Shown: positions 13,329 through 27,026, counted from the first letter of the stretch. The stretch is 64,000 nt of DNA from Octopus sinensis (GCF_006345805.1 NC_043001.1:18538001-18602000); one strand, 5' to 3'. Numbers and translations: made by a program. Notes: generated by a model not told the origin, from the letters alone.

Positions 13329-13752
13329 CATTTTTCTATATAAACATTTGAAATATAGAATTTTAATTAGTAGTTTATTACTACTATATCTAACTAAAAC
13401 CAACGAAGAAGGTCTACGGGTGCTTGTGAATCGGAGATCACGTCTGCAAGTGATGGTGTGCGCGAGTCTAATGCGAGTAAAGGTGATTCAGAAAACGATT
13501 ATAATATTTTTTAAAATTATAAATGATCTTGATGTTCTTTCTACTTTGCATAAAATATTCTTTACATTCTACTGCTGTTTGATTGCCATTTATTTACGAG
13601 TGTTATAAATTTTATTGGTAAAATATTTTTCTGGGAACGAATTACGATTTATAACATTGCTACTGTGGGAAATTATTGCTCTGCTTTACGTGTTCTCGAT
13701 TTATGAGTGGTCTCCGGGAAACTAACTCGTATATCGAAGCATTACTGTAAAT

Positions 13753-13843
<91 letters not shown>

Positions 13844-13949
13844 TAATAAAAGAAATAAAACATATGCGTATATATAAACATATATGTACGTACCTACCTC
13901 TACATGTACATATACACGCATATATGAGTACAGGACACCAAAGGGACAT

Positions 13950-14445
13950 CGAACACATAGAGAAACGAAAACATAGACACAAACCAAAGGAACAGGACAT
14001 TTTTTTAAAAACAACAAAACAACGAAAAAACCCCCTTCTTCAGTCGCTAAGGTTTCATCTACTCTACGTTTCGAAGGATAAAAGCGAGACGTATCTTCGA
14101 CAAGAAACTTTCCTTCCTGCGAAAAGCAAATCAATTAAAATTCTGAGATCTTTTCGCAGAGGGGTAAAAAATGGTAAAAAAACGAGACAGTAACGACAGT
14201 ACAAAAATATAGACAGTAAAAAAAAATATATATATATATATATATAAACAGTCTGGCGATTTTTCTCCCTCCGTCTTCCCTTCCTTGGATCTTTTCTTTT
14301 TCTATGTTTCTGACGAAGAGCTCCGCTTAAAACGTTAAATCCTCCTTCTTCCCTTCCTTTCCTGAGCGTCCAATAACACAATACTTGTTCCACGTCCTCG
14401 CGTTGTTGTGTTTTCTCTTTGTGTTTTCATGTTTGGATTAACTAT
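13950..14445. mobile_element. Head-to-head pair of Penelope-like terminal fragments (tentative)
   Basis: Each half carries a degenerate CTG.CGAAGA...GAAACGT hammerhead-like motif, in opposite orientations, around a (TA)n spacer. Similar motifs occur at 1925-2047 and 32116-32220. Confidence 0.35.
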
Positions 14446-14489
14446 ATATATATACATACATACATAATACAAACACACACACACACATA

Positions 14490-14885
14490 TCTTTATATAT
14501 AAAAGTAAGGTTGTGTGTCTGTCTCCTACGATTTAGATTCCTAACTACTCCCACATTTTGCGGTGCAGTTTAACCAAAACCGGGTATCTTATAGTCGTGA
14601 TTCACATCGAGCCCTTCTGTGTATTAGCGCGCGTCTACAATGAGTCTACGATTAAAAAAAAAATTACCATAATTTTTTTCCATTTTAATGCATTTTTTCG
14701 CTATTATATAAGGGAAGTAACTCTCTAAAAATGTCTACGATGAGTCAACGATTAAAAAAAAAATTAACATAATTTTTTTCCCATTTTTAATGCATTTTTT
14801 TGCTATTTTTTGGCTATAACTCTCTAAAAATGCTTATATAGTTATTTCCCTTACAAACCCGAGCAACGCCGGGCGATACTGCTAG
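14490..14885 (+). mobile_element. Non-autonomous Helitron
   Basis: A|TC...CTAG|T with the subterminal hairpin; paralogue of 7271-7666. Confidence 0.85.
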
Positions 14886-16025
14886 TATATATTAAAGTTA
14901 GATAAGGCCGGAAAGGTTGTGCATGCTCAGTTCCACCTGGTGAAAATACTAGCTAAGTTCTTCTCAACCATCTTTCTATCAAGTAGTTGTCATTCGCGAA
15001 TCATAATGCACAATCATGGACGAAGCGCTTTGATCATAGATTAGCTTGATCAGAGCTGACATGGCGATAAGCAACAACAACAATAACCGGTATAAAATGA
15101 GAACTATGTTCATAACAGAACAAAAACACAAGAGTCGTGTGAAAGAAATATTTGAAGTTTGACGATGATGTCCATACTTGAGATTCCATCAGCCTTATGT
15201 CTGTTTATAAGCGACAATCGTATTTGATTTTCCATCTCTGTGACGAAAGAATAAGCAACAACAAAACAGACAGCTGTCATGCCTTAATCTTTAAGAATAC
15301 TGAAAATGTCTCGGGATTTAGATTTGAAGTCGTAAATCTTCAATCATCAACATGAAGAAATTTTATTTGCTCGTTAGATCCAGAATGGAACTGGTGATAA
15401 ATCCAGCCAATTAAATATGACTGTTGTCATAGTAGCTGTTGTCATGGAAACAATCTCTCTACATTCGTACATACAATTCATGAATGGCAGTGGAGACAGC
15501 ACGCCCGAATGACTAAGAAATTCATTTAGCTGCCATGAAGTCGCAGGTTCGATCCTATTATGCGGCATCTTGAGTAAGTGTCTTTTACCTCTGACTCAAG
15601 CCGATCCAAGGTGATCCAAGCCGATTCAAGTCTAGTAAGTGAAGGTGGGTCGATGGAAACTGCAGAATCCTATCGGATGGATTGAACCTGTAATTCAAGG
15701 AGGGCCATGACAATAGTAAGAACACATCTAATCGGTTTGTTTTCGACGTTTATAGAATGTAAATGCGTGTAGGCTGCCTTTGTTTCAAAATTACAAGTAT
15801 GAATACGCATGGCTTAGTGGTTAGGGTATTCGACTCACGATCGTGAGGCCTTGTGTTCGATTCCAGACCGTGCGTTGTGTCCTTGAGCAAGAATTTTGTT
15901 TCACGTTGCTACAGCCCACTCGACTGGCAAAAATCAGTAGCACCTTTATTTGAAAGGGCCAGCATTGTCACACTCTGCGCCACATTGAATCTCCCTGAGA
16001 ACTACGTTAAAGGTATACGTGTCTG

Positions 16026-16430
16026 GCAGAATCGTTAGCACGCCGGGCGAAATGCGTAGCCGTATTTCGTCTGCCGTTACGTTCTGAGTTCAAATTCCAC
16101 CGAGGTCGACTTTGCCTTTCGTCCTTTCGAGATCGATAAATTAAGTACCAGTTACACAGTGGGGTCGATGTAATCGACTTAATCCCTTTGTCTGTCCTTG
16201 TTTGTCCCCTCTATGTTTAGCCCCTTGTGGGTAGTAAAGAAATAGGTATTTCGTCTGTCTCTACGTTCTGAGTTCAAATTCCGCCGAGGTCGACTTTGCC
16301 TTTCATTATTTCGGGGTCGATTAAATAAGTACCAGTTACGCACTGGGGTCGATATAATCGACTTAATCAGTTTGTCTCTCCTTGTTTGTTCTCTCTGTGT
16401 TTAGCCCCTTGTGGGTAGTAAAGAAATAGG
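16026..16430 (+). mobile_element. SINE family A, two units, nested in an older SINE (15805-16540)
   Basis: 15-bp TSD AGGTATACGTGTCTG at 16011-16025 and 16428-16442. The host SINE continues seamlessly on both sides. Confidence 0.9.
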
Positions 16431-16978
16431 TATACGTGTCTGTGGAGCACTCAGCCATTTGCACATTAATTCCATAAGCAGGCTGTCTCGTTGATCGGAT
16501 CAACTGGAACCCTCGTCGTCGCAACCGACGGAGTGCTACTTAAAATGACAAGTTCAAAGTAAAATCAATATTTGGTGATTCACATAAAACAACTGCCATA
16601 CACTGGGCTATGCTGATTCTACGTGGGTATTACAAGAATAACATTCTCGTTTGAGGAATACTCGGCCACATCACTCTAATTCAATGAGCAGATAACTCAG
16701 TTGATCGAACAACTGGATCCTTACAATAAAAACAGACGAAGATCTATTTACTTTGCATAAAAAAAAACCTTGCAGGTTAACAAAGGAGCCTCTAAGTGGT
16801 CTCTAGCCTTGCTTGTAATAGAAACCAAATCTATTTCAAATCACACACTGATGTCTTAAATAGAAATGAGATAGTAGTTAACGGTGATCTACAGTCATTG
16901 TCTGATGACAAACATGTAATGGGCATGGCTAGAACGTCTTTGCTTATTAGTTTACTCGATCGGAACAACATAAATGGT

Positions 16979-17197
16979 TACTCTTTTACTCTTTTACTTG
17001 TTTCAGTCATTTGACTGTAGTCATGCTGGAGCATCGCATTTAGTCGAACAAATCGACCCCAAAGACATTCTTTGTAAGCCTAGTAGTTATTCTATCGGTC
17101 TCTTTTGCCGAACCGCTAAGTTACGGGGACGTAAACACACCAGCATCGGTTGTCAAGCGATGTTGGGGGACAAACAGACACACAAACACACACACAC

Positions 17198-17247
<50 letters not shown>

Positions 17248-17428
17248 CATATATATACATATATACGACGAGCTTCTTTCCGTTTCCGTCTACCAAATCC
17301 ACTCACAAGGCTTTGGTGGACCCGAGGCTATAGTAGAAGACACTTGCCCAAGGTGTCACACAGTGGGACTGAACCCGGAATCATGTGGTTCGTAAGCAAG
17401 CTACTTACCACAAAGCCACTTCTACGCC
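16979..17428 (-). mobile_element. SINE family B
   Basis: Full-length copy. Confidence 0.9.
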
Positions 17429-18027
17429 TACGGTTGTATATAACTATTGGCGAGCTGGCAGAATCGTTAACACGCCGGGTAAAATGTTTAGCGGCATTTC
17501 GTCTGTCTTTACGTTCTGAGTTCAAATACTGCCGGGTTGACTTTACCTTTCGTCCTTTCCAGGTCGATAAAATAAGTAACAATTGAACACTAGGGTCGAT
17601 GTAATCGACTAGCCTCTTTCCCCCGAAACTACTGGCATTGTGCCTATTGTAGAAAGGATTAGCATTATTATTAATGATGTTGTTCTAGTTATTGCTCTGA
17701 GTTCAAATTTCACCGAGAGTGTCTTTGATTTTCATTCTTTCGGGATTGATAAGATAAATTCTGGTTAAATACTGGGGCCACTATAATCGACTGTTTCCAC
17801 TTTCCGCTAAAATTCAGGCCTTGTGTCAATAGTAGAAAGAATTTCTAATATTGTTGTAATTTATGTGAAAACACTGGATGGGAGGCAATATGCATTTCTT
17901 TAGAGATAGGTCTTAGAGGATTTGTTGGGACCAGAGTTCAGTCGATGCTCAGGAGTGCTGGATTAGCAGCGAATGAGAGAAATAGAGGTTGCCAAAAAAT
18001 TTCCGGAAACCGCTGAGAAAGCAAGCC

Positions 18028-18260
18028 TATTTCTTTACTACCCACAAGGGGCTAAACACAGAGAGGATAAACAAGGACAGACAAACGGATTAATCGATTA
18101 CATCGACCCCAGTGCGTAACTGGTACTTAATTTATCGATCCACAAAAGGATGAAAGGCAAAGTCGACCTCGGCGGAATTTGAACTCAGAACGTAACGGTA
18201 GACGAAATACTGCTAAGCATTTCGCCCGGCCTGCTAACGTTTCTGCCAGCTCGCCGCCTT
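18028..18260 (-). mobile_element. SINE family A, monomer
   Basis: 16-bp TSD GCTGAGAAAGCAAGCC at 18012-18027 and 18261-18276. Confidence 0.9.
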
Positions 18261-18760
18261 GCTGAGAAAGCAAGCCGTTACATCTGGCTCAAGAGAGACG
18301 ACGAGTGGTGAGGCATGAATGAACATTGACGATGATGGAAACATCCGGCTCAGAATCGCGACACCTGACTTAACAAAGCTTCTACTGTTGTGAGGAAGTT
18401 TTGTCATCTACATCGGTGGGTGGCATCAGAAAACTTTGGTATCGCGGTGGAAGGGACTGAAACGTCTACAAAACTTCTTTACCGCCTGATGAGACATCGA
18501 CTCCTGCTTTTAGAGACGGAGTACATCAGCACCCTCAACACACAAGAGTTTATTCTGTTATTTACATACATAAATCTAAACGCGTTTTGCTTTCAATATA
18601 TGTTCGTATCTCCACACATCTATATCAAAGCCTTAACATTATAATGTAATTATGTTAAAATTTTTCCTTCCGTATTTTCCATATTTTTTAAACATTTCCT
18701 TGTCTTTCTTTCATTTACATTTATAGCTGGTTCATATTTATAATTTCCCCACAAATGTTA

Positions 18761-20455
18761 AGGTAAGACGTCACATCAGTCTAATTGATTTCCATTGATA
18801 AATTCTGTTAATGGATTCCGAATTACAAAATCGCACTTAGACAACCGATGTCATAATGAACAGTTCAGAGCTTCTAAACATATTTCCCCCCACATTTTAT
18901 AGTGAAGTTTTCATACATATCATCCTTTATCCTGACTTTTTTAATTGAAACAAATCAGTGAAGCAAACTTTACTATAACTGAAATATAAAGAGGACGGTA
19001 CAATGGCAGCATCGATAGAAAGTCTTGTAAAATTGTTTGATGGTGATTATATCCTTTTACGCACAGGATTGAAATCCCACAGGAGCTGTGTTCGTCTTTC
19101 ATAACCTAGGGGTCGATAAATAAGCATCAGTGATATACTGGGATCGATTTTATTGATCGGGATCACCATTGTAAAATTGTGACATTGTACTACGGTAAAA
19201 CATTATTCAGACATAAGGCATACATAATTGTCTACTTAGACACGTACCTATACATGTATATACATATAGTGGAGGCGCAATGGCCCAGTGGTTAGGGCAG
19301 CGGACTCGCGGTCGTAGGATCGCGGTTTCGATTCCCAGACCGGGCGTTGTGAGTGTTTATTGAGCGAAAACACCTAAAGCTCCACGAGGCTCCGGCAGGG
19401 ATGGTGGTGATCCCTGCTGTACTCTTTCACCACAACTTTCTCTCACTCTTACTTCCTGTTTCTGTTGTACCTGTATTTCAAAGGGGCCGGCCTTGTCACT
19501 CTCTGTGTCACGCTGAATATCCCCGAGAACTACGTTAAGGGTACACGTGTCTGTGGAGTGCTCAGCCACTTACACGTTAATTTTACGAGCAGGCTGTTCC
19601 GTTGATTCGGATCAACCGGAACCCTCGTCGTCGCAACCGACGGAGTGCTTCCCATATACATATAACTTTGAAAACACAAGTATATACATGTGTGAGTGTG
19701 TGTGTGTGAGTGTGTGTGTGTGAGTGAGTGTGTGTGTGTGTGTGCATTAATTATTTATGAAAGAAGGAAAGGAAACTTGCTTCAGTTGGTACTTCAAACG
19801 GAACTGTATGCATCCGTAGTATTTATCCCACAAGGTTACGTCTTTCAGAAGTAATCAATTAGTAGCTACACTAAGAATAACAATACACTATATATGTTGT
19901 AACATACAGAAAACAACAGCATCAAAAATAGCGGAAAGTTGTCCTGGTTTTATAGAGCAAGGTGTTGTGATAACATCATTTTATCTGACAGAATTGATCA
20001 ATCTGCCAAATTAGAAGAGACATACAGAGACACAAGTGTTATGATTACAGTGTTTACAGGTTTGACGAATTGCGGTTATCACGAATTTGGTTCACTGAAC
20101 TAGGATGACGGGCCGGACAGATTTCTTTTGAGATCGATACAACGAAACAAAGGCTAAATTAGACCGAAGAAATATAATCAGGAGAGCAAGAGAGACTTCT
20201 GTTTAAAATTAACGTGATTGGAAAAGAAGCATAACAGGCATCCAAACAGAAATATTCCGATTATTCCACAGGAAAAAAAAATGTCTGCAGTAATCTCCAT
20301 TTGAGATAATGTTACTTATTTCAGAAACTTCTGTATGTTTAGAAGCTCTGAGCTGTTCATTATGACATCGGTTGTCTAAATGCGATTTTGTAATTTGGAA
20401 TCCATGAACGGATTTTATCAATGGAAATCAATTCGACTGATGTGACGTCTTACCT
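18761..20455. repeat. Dispersed inverted repeat pair, 122-bp arms (18761-18882 and 20334-20455)
   Basis: 115/122 identical in reverse complement, no indels. Confidence 0.95.
19269..19653 (+). mobile_element. SINE family C, tail type i
   Basis: Near-identical to 12173-12559; 11-bp TSD ATATACATATA at 19258-19268 and 19654-19664. Confidence 0.92.
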
Positions 20456-23273
20456 AAAGCCTTTGGTCAAATCTAGTCAACAGGATATTCTATTCGAAAT
20501 CCCGGTGTAGTTGTAAGTAAGTGCTTCCTTCTAGCTGAAATACCGGATTTCGGATGAAGAATAACTGACAGGAATATCTGTATTTCAACACTATTGATTT
20601 AACTGTTTCTTTTGAAATCTCCAGTCCGTAACAACCAGGAAATTGAACTAAAGATTCTCATAAAACAGAACGACGTTCTAAAAACAATTACTCACAAAAA
20701 CTCTTTCACACACAACTCTTTCTCTCTCTTCCTTGCAATCTCTCCTTTTCTCTCCTCCCCACTCTCTCTTCCTCGTTCTTTCTCCGCCCCTCTCTCACAC
20801 ACATGTAGATGCACGTAGTCAAATATTTGCTCTCAAGCGTAGATGTACGACCACATTTACGAATTTTATACAAATGCAGAAACCTAAAAAAAAAAAAACT
20901 TGCTCAAATTTATTCATTTAATTGAACAGACACCAAACAAGTTATGTAACTGTGTGAATATACTCGTGCTCAGCTATGAGAACACATTCAATTCAAACTG
21001 CTGTTCATGGCCGCTTCCGCTTTGGAAAATTGTTTAAAGGGAACGAGCAAAGGGAACAAACAATGGATGCATATGTAGGTTAATATACATGCTCCACCCT
21101 CTCTCTCCCTATCTCCTCACTCTTTCTCCCTCTCTCTTCCTCTCTCTCTCTGTATCTATCTCATTTGTCCACTCTTTTTTTCTTTCGCTCAGTGAACACA
21201 CTCATGCGCAAATGCTTACCTATGTTTATATAACTAGATGTACGGAAATATGTTGGAAATGTATTGAAAATAACATAGTTGGGGATAAAAGCTTTAATCT
21301 AGATTATTTTCTTCATTTATTTTTTTTTCGACACAGCTGAATGAACCTGTAATTTACATAAATAACATGTGGTTTGTTTTTCGTTTTGAATTCTTTCACA
21401 ACACGCTCCTGTATATTTTTGTAATTCTTTTTACCCTCGCTGGAATTCATTTTCGCGTTGTTTTTTGTTTTATATAGAGTTCATTCATTATTTGAATAAA
21501 ATTCAGTGTAACCTGTATTATCGAGAGAACAGTTTGGTGAGATCAATGGCATTACAGAGACAACACTTACTTAGTTTCTTTTTCGACATCCATCTCTATC
21601 TGTATTTGTATAAGCCTTTTTTTTTAACACTTTGCCTACCCTATGTGTCACAAGACAAAGGACATATATTTTCCTGGTGTCCATGCAACATATATTATAC
21701 ACATTCTTAATTTTTTCAATCACCAGCGTAACTTGGGACTTATTAGAGGAAAGCATTATACTTCTGAGTATGTATGAAACAATTTCTAACTAGAAATCTG
21801 AAAACAAAAAGCACGGACGTTTAAAACAAATTTATGAAAATGCTTTGGATAGGCAAAGGGTTAGATTACTGTTACAAAATAAAATAAAGTTTTCTTGATT
21901 CAGGTGAAACGATTTCCATCTATGTCAAAGATTAGAACCAGTGTTCTATAACAGCGTACGTAGTATTTTGATACCCAGGAAACAGGGTAGTTATAATGAA
22001 GGAAGAGTGTTTGTGTTAGAAATAACCAATGGTAATTGAAATTAAGAACAGGACTGAATAATTCAATTATGGTATGCAAATCATTCGAATAGGAATTAAA
22101 GGATTGTTTTATATATAGTAGCTGCTCACTAAGAATGACAGTTTGGAAAAAGCAATACATTTAATTAGAAAATGAATCTTCAAAACAGTAATTATTAATA
22201 TTGGTTTTGGTAATAAAAATTTCTATAAATTTATATTCATGAGATGAAGGTAAATACCCGGATATTGAACAAAATAAGAGCAAATGGGAAAAACAAAAAC
22301 AAACAGTAGTTATTTATAAATAAAATATTAAGCTATAAAAAAATACAGATATATAGATGGAATTGTTAGGCTATGCGCGATTAATAATAAAGTTGGTGGA
22401 GAATATTCTGAGAAGAAATGACAATTGGAAGTTATTTCTAATCGATAAAAATCGGAGACTCTGCATAAAAGACAAGCACTAGAATAGCCAATATCATTCA
22501 TGACAATTCTGATTTTAAATTATTGGCCCATTCTGAAGACTGTCTATAAATTCTTGACAATAATTATGTTTAAGAGAATCTGTAAAAATCTAGAAACAAA
22601 CAAACCTCTGCTAAAAGAACAACGAAGAATCATAATATTCAAGCAAATAAAATAAGTACAATAGTCCAGTATGAGTAAGATAAAGAAATGTAACTCTACC
22701 TGGATATACAGTGTGTCCATAAAATATCTTTACAACTTACCCATATTGTAAAGGGAATTTCTGGACGACCTGTGTTATAAAGCTTTGTGTATCTTATTCT
22801 TTAATCTAAAATCACTAGATATTTCCAAGCTATTATCTCTGTATCATTATTTGTAAGGCAAAAGTGAAACCGAATCAAAACAAGAGTGACTTAACGACAG
22901 GGCGACACATGTTGGAATTGGGTATTTTAATGAGATCTCTTGACACAGTTATTACACCAAGTTGTGTCTCATTAAATAACACTCTTGCAAGCCATTTGGT
23001 GAAGGAGTGTGGCTATGTGGTTAGGGCGTTGCACTCACAATCGGAAGTTTGTGGTTTCGAACGCGGACAGAGCGGTGCGTTGTGTTCCTGAGCAAAACAC
23101 TCCATTTCATGTTGCTCTTGTCCACTTAGCAGTAAATGAATAACCTTTCGGCGAACTGGCATCCCGTTTGGAAGATAAGCTGTAATTTCGCTCGAGACAA
23201 TATTTTACTATTACGGAGATGTACTTGCATAGCAAGTGACCTGATCTGAGATCGTGTGCTGAAACGAAAACAA

Positions 23274-23540
23274 TTGCAGCGTGGAAGGTGTTTATAAACC
23301 ATTTAAGAAACGCACAAAATCCGTTAGATTCACTTCAACATTTAAATTTGATTTGACAAAATATTTTCGTCGCTTTGAGACCGCAACCTGTTCACTGACA
23401 AAATTCCGTGCTGCATCTGAGAACAGGTCGCGGTCTCAAAGCGACGAAAATATTTTGGCAAATCAAATTTAAATGTTGAAGTGAATCTAACGGTTTTTGT
23501 GTGTTTCTTAAATGGCTTATAAACACCTTCAACGCTGCAA
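23274..23540. repeat. Long inverted repeat: 120-bp arms, 27-nt loop
   Basis: 23274-23393 vs the reverse complement of 23421-23540: 114/120 identical by manual alignment. Confidence 0.97.
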
Positions 23541-24131
23541 ACATTTTACTGCTTTTACTACAAGCCATTTGACATGAAAATGTCTAAACTGTGAAACTTA
23601 ATAGCTGTGATATCGAAAATAATTACCAGTACGGTGTTCCATAGATTTAAACGTCAACGACGAAAAGCAGATGAAACATGCCAAAAGGAAGAGAATAATC
23701 CAGAAAGAATGTTTTTCGATTAACAATGAACTAGGTTAAGATATATTAGATAGAAGGGGATCAATATGTTATCAGTTGTAGCTGTATCTTACCATTTCAA
23801 TGTAATATATTGTAATATTTGACAGCGGAAAATTGGCTTCGAAAAAAAAGTATTCAACGAAATTCCGACTTTATCTCATTATAGATGACATGTATTATCC
23901 AGGAGCAAATGGTCTGTGTATGCCTAGAAACTTGTTTAAAAATGACAAAATAAATATGCAGGATAGATCATTGTGTGGTTAATATGCTATAGACAAATAC
24001 GTGACTGTGTGGTTAAGAGGATAGTTTTGCAGTTATGCAATTTCAGGTTCAATCCCACTGCAAGGCACGAGCAAGGTAACACCAGTCGTCAAGCGGTGGT
24101 TGGGGACAAACAACCCAAATACAGATACACA

Positions 24132-24739
24132 ATTTCTTATTTCTTTATTGCCCACAAGGGGCTAAACATAGAGGGGACAAACAAGGACAGACAAAGGGGA
24201 TTAAGTCGATTACATCGATCCCAGTGCGTAACTGGTACTTAATTCATCGACCCCGAAAGGATGAACGGCAAAGTCGACCTCGGCGGAATTTGAACTCAGA
24301 ACGTAGCGGCAGACGAAGTACCTACTTCTTTATTACCACAAGGGGCTAAACACGGAGGGGACAAACAAGGACAGACAAACGGATTAAGTCGATTATATCG
24401 ACCCCAGTGCGTAACTGGTACTTAATTTATCGCCTCCGAAAGGATGAAAGGCAAAGTGGACCTCGGCGGAATTTGAACTCAGAACGCAGAGGCAGACGAA
24501 ATACTTATTTCTTTCCTACCCACAAAGGGCTAAACACAGAGAGGACAAACAAGGACAGACAAAGGGATTAAGTCAATTATATCGACCCCAGTGCGTAACT
24601 GGTACTTAATTTATCGACCCAGAAAGGATGAAAGGCAAAGTCGACCTCGGCGGAATTTGAACGCAGAACGTAAAGACAGGCGAAATACCGCTAAGCATTT
24701 CTCCCGGTGTGCTAACATTTCTACCAGCTCGCTGCCTTT
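24132..24739 (-). mobile_element. SINE family A, three about 180-bp units
   Basis: Head at 24680-24739, unit junctions near 24320 and 24505, flanked by fragments of a decayed family-B SINE. Confidence 0.9.
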
Positions 24740-25034
24740 CTACCAAATTCCCTTACAAGGCTTTGGTCATCCTGAGGCTATAGTAGAGGACACTTGCTCA
24801 AAGTATTACGCAGCAGGACTGAATCTAAACTACTTTGTTGGAAAACATGTTTCTTAACCACACAGCCACTCCTGTTAACGACGGTTCTGATATAATGCTC
24901 TTTACATAAATATGTCCAATCTATATCTGTTGATAATACATTGTGTAGTGACAAACGAATTACGTAACTACAAGATAAGGCAGCGGCAGGTGCTGCACTT
25001 CGTAACATTTGATTTAAAAAGATTATTTCTTGAA

Positions 25035-25196
25035 GGCCTAGGAGTGGCTGTATGGTAAGTAGCTTGCTTACTAACCACATGGTTCCGGGTTCAGTCCCAC
25101 TGCGTGGAACCTTTGGCAAGTGTCTTCTACTATAGCCTTGGGCCGACCAAAGCCTTGTGAGTGGATTTGGTAGACGGAAACTGAAAGAAGCCCGTC

Positions 25197-25272
<76 letters not shown>

Positions 25273-25488
25273 TTGTGTGTTTGTGTGTCTGTGTTTGTCT
25301 CCCCATCATCGCTTGACAACTGATGCTGGTGTGCCTACGTACCCGTAACTTAGCGGTTGGGCAAAAGAGACCGATAGAATAACTACTAGGCCTACAAAGA
25401 ATAAGTCCTGGGGTCGATTTGTTCGACTAAAGGCGGTGCTCCAGCATGGCCGCAGTCAAATGACTGAAACAAGTAAAAGAGTAAAAGA
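25035..25488 (+). mobile_element. SINE family B
   Basis: Full-length copy. Confidence 0.9.
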
Positions 25489-25887
25489 GAAGCACAAAGC
25501 GGAATTAAATACTCAACTCTATCAAAATCTATTCTAAAAATGGATGCTGATAAATTTGCCAAACACACAATTTAAAAAGCGGTTGGTAAAAACAGAGTTT
25601 GAGGAAACAGATGGTGGTCTTTTGAGGCCTCTATCTGTCATTAATGACCGTGAATGAACATTCCAGTTGACCGCCCTACTGGAACGGTGTTGTCTGTGGC
25701 TAAACGGTCCGATGCACGAATGGCTGCCTCTGCCACATAAGTTGCACTTTTGCGCTGTCGCGGTGCTGTTTGAATTGTAGTGTTCCTTCCTGTGGCTATC
25801 TCTCCAGCATAGGGTGTTCGATAGGAACCAAGCCCGAACAGTATGATATGAGGGAAAAGATGGAAGGCAAAGTCGACCTCGGCGAAA

Positions 25888-25977
25888 GAAGAAGAAGAGG
25901 AAGAGGCAGTTGAAGAAGAAGAAGAAGAGGAAGAGGCAGTTGAAGAAGAAGATTATGATGAAGAGGAAGAGGCAGTT

Positions 25978-26008
<31 letters not shown>

Positions 26009-26205
26009 CAGTTGAAGAAGAAGATTATGATGAAGAGGAAGAGGCAGTTGAAGAAGAAGAAGATGAAGAAGAGGAAGAAGCAGTTGAAGAAGAAGATTAT
26101 GATGAAGATGAAGAAGCAGAAGAAGAAGGAGATGTGGCTGGTGGTGGTGTTGTCCTTGTAGATGGTGATGATGATGATAATGATGATGCAGAAGAAAAGT
26201 ATTAA
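25888..26205. repeat. Purine-rich compound (GAA/GAG/GAT) minisatellite
   Basis: Recurring GAGGAAGAGGCAGTTGAAGAAGAA and GATTATGATGAA units. Confidence 0.9.
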
Positions 26206-26844
26206 AGTACATCGTAGAAGGAAGAAGAGGAGAAGAAGAAAAAAGAAAAAAGAAAAAAAGAGAAAGAAAGGAAAAAAAGGAAAGGACAAAAAAACAACAA
26301 CAACATGAGAATCCTATGTTATGTTCAGCCTCACCCCATCTTTTGCAACATTAATTAGAACATTGATGTTGTTGTTTTCTGCCCTTTTGAAGATAATTTG
26401 AGAAATAGAACATGAAATTTGCCTTGAGCGTTTTTTTTCTTCAAATTTTCATCATTGCATATTAAGATTCAAAAAACAACAACAACAACAAAAGATTTAA
26501 AAAACAACAACAACAACAATAAAAAACCCCAGCATCTGCATCCATTCCTTGGGAAGCTATTGAATTTTTCTTTGAAAACACAAACTGCATATTTAAACCT
26601 ATTCACAATGTTTTTTTAAAAATTTTTAGAGTTGTATGAATAGTATTAAATGAAATATTCTTTGAATAAATAGCCTTATTTAATAATATATATAATGAAA
26701 TTTACATATTTCTTTGTTGGCCTTTTAAATATTAAAGATTCATTTATAAAAATGTGTAATAGTAGTGTTCAGCACCAACTTCTCTGTCTCTCTGTCTCTT
26801 TCCGTCTCTCTCTCTCTCTCTCATTCGCTGTCTTAATTTTTGAA

Positions 26845-26873
26845 TTAATAATAATAATAATAATAATAATAGT

Positions 26874-26910
<37 letters not shown>

Positions 26911-26974
26911 TAAATAATATTAATAAATAATAATAATAATAATAATAATAATGATAATAATAATAATAAAAATA

Positions 26975-27026
<52 letters not shown>

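Noticed and set aside
14305-14345. Hammerhead-like motifs at 14309 (+), 2010-2047 (-) and 8605-8640 (-)
   Set aside because: Essential core positions are altered (G12 lost, A6 or A9 replaced, no helix III closure).
19269-19345. tRNA-like sequences at SINE heads
   Set aside because: A/B boxes are present, but no complete cloverleaf could be drawn, and they continue into multi-copy SINE bodies with TSDs.
22400-22620. RT-like remnant (LKTVYKFLTIIMFKRICKNLETNKP)
   Set aside because: Suggestive of a very old RTE-type LINE but too short and decayed to support a feature call.
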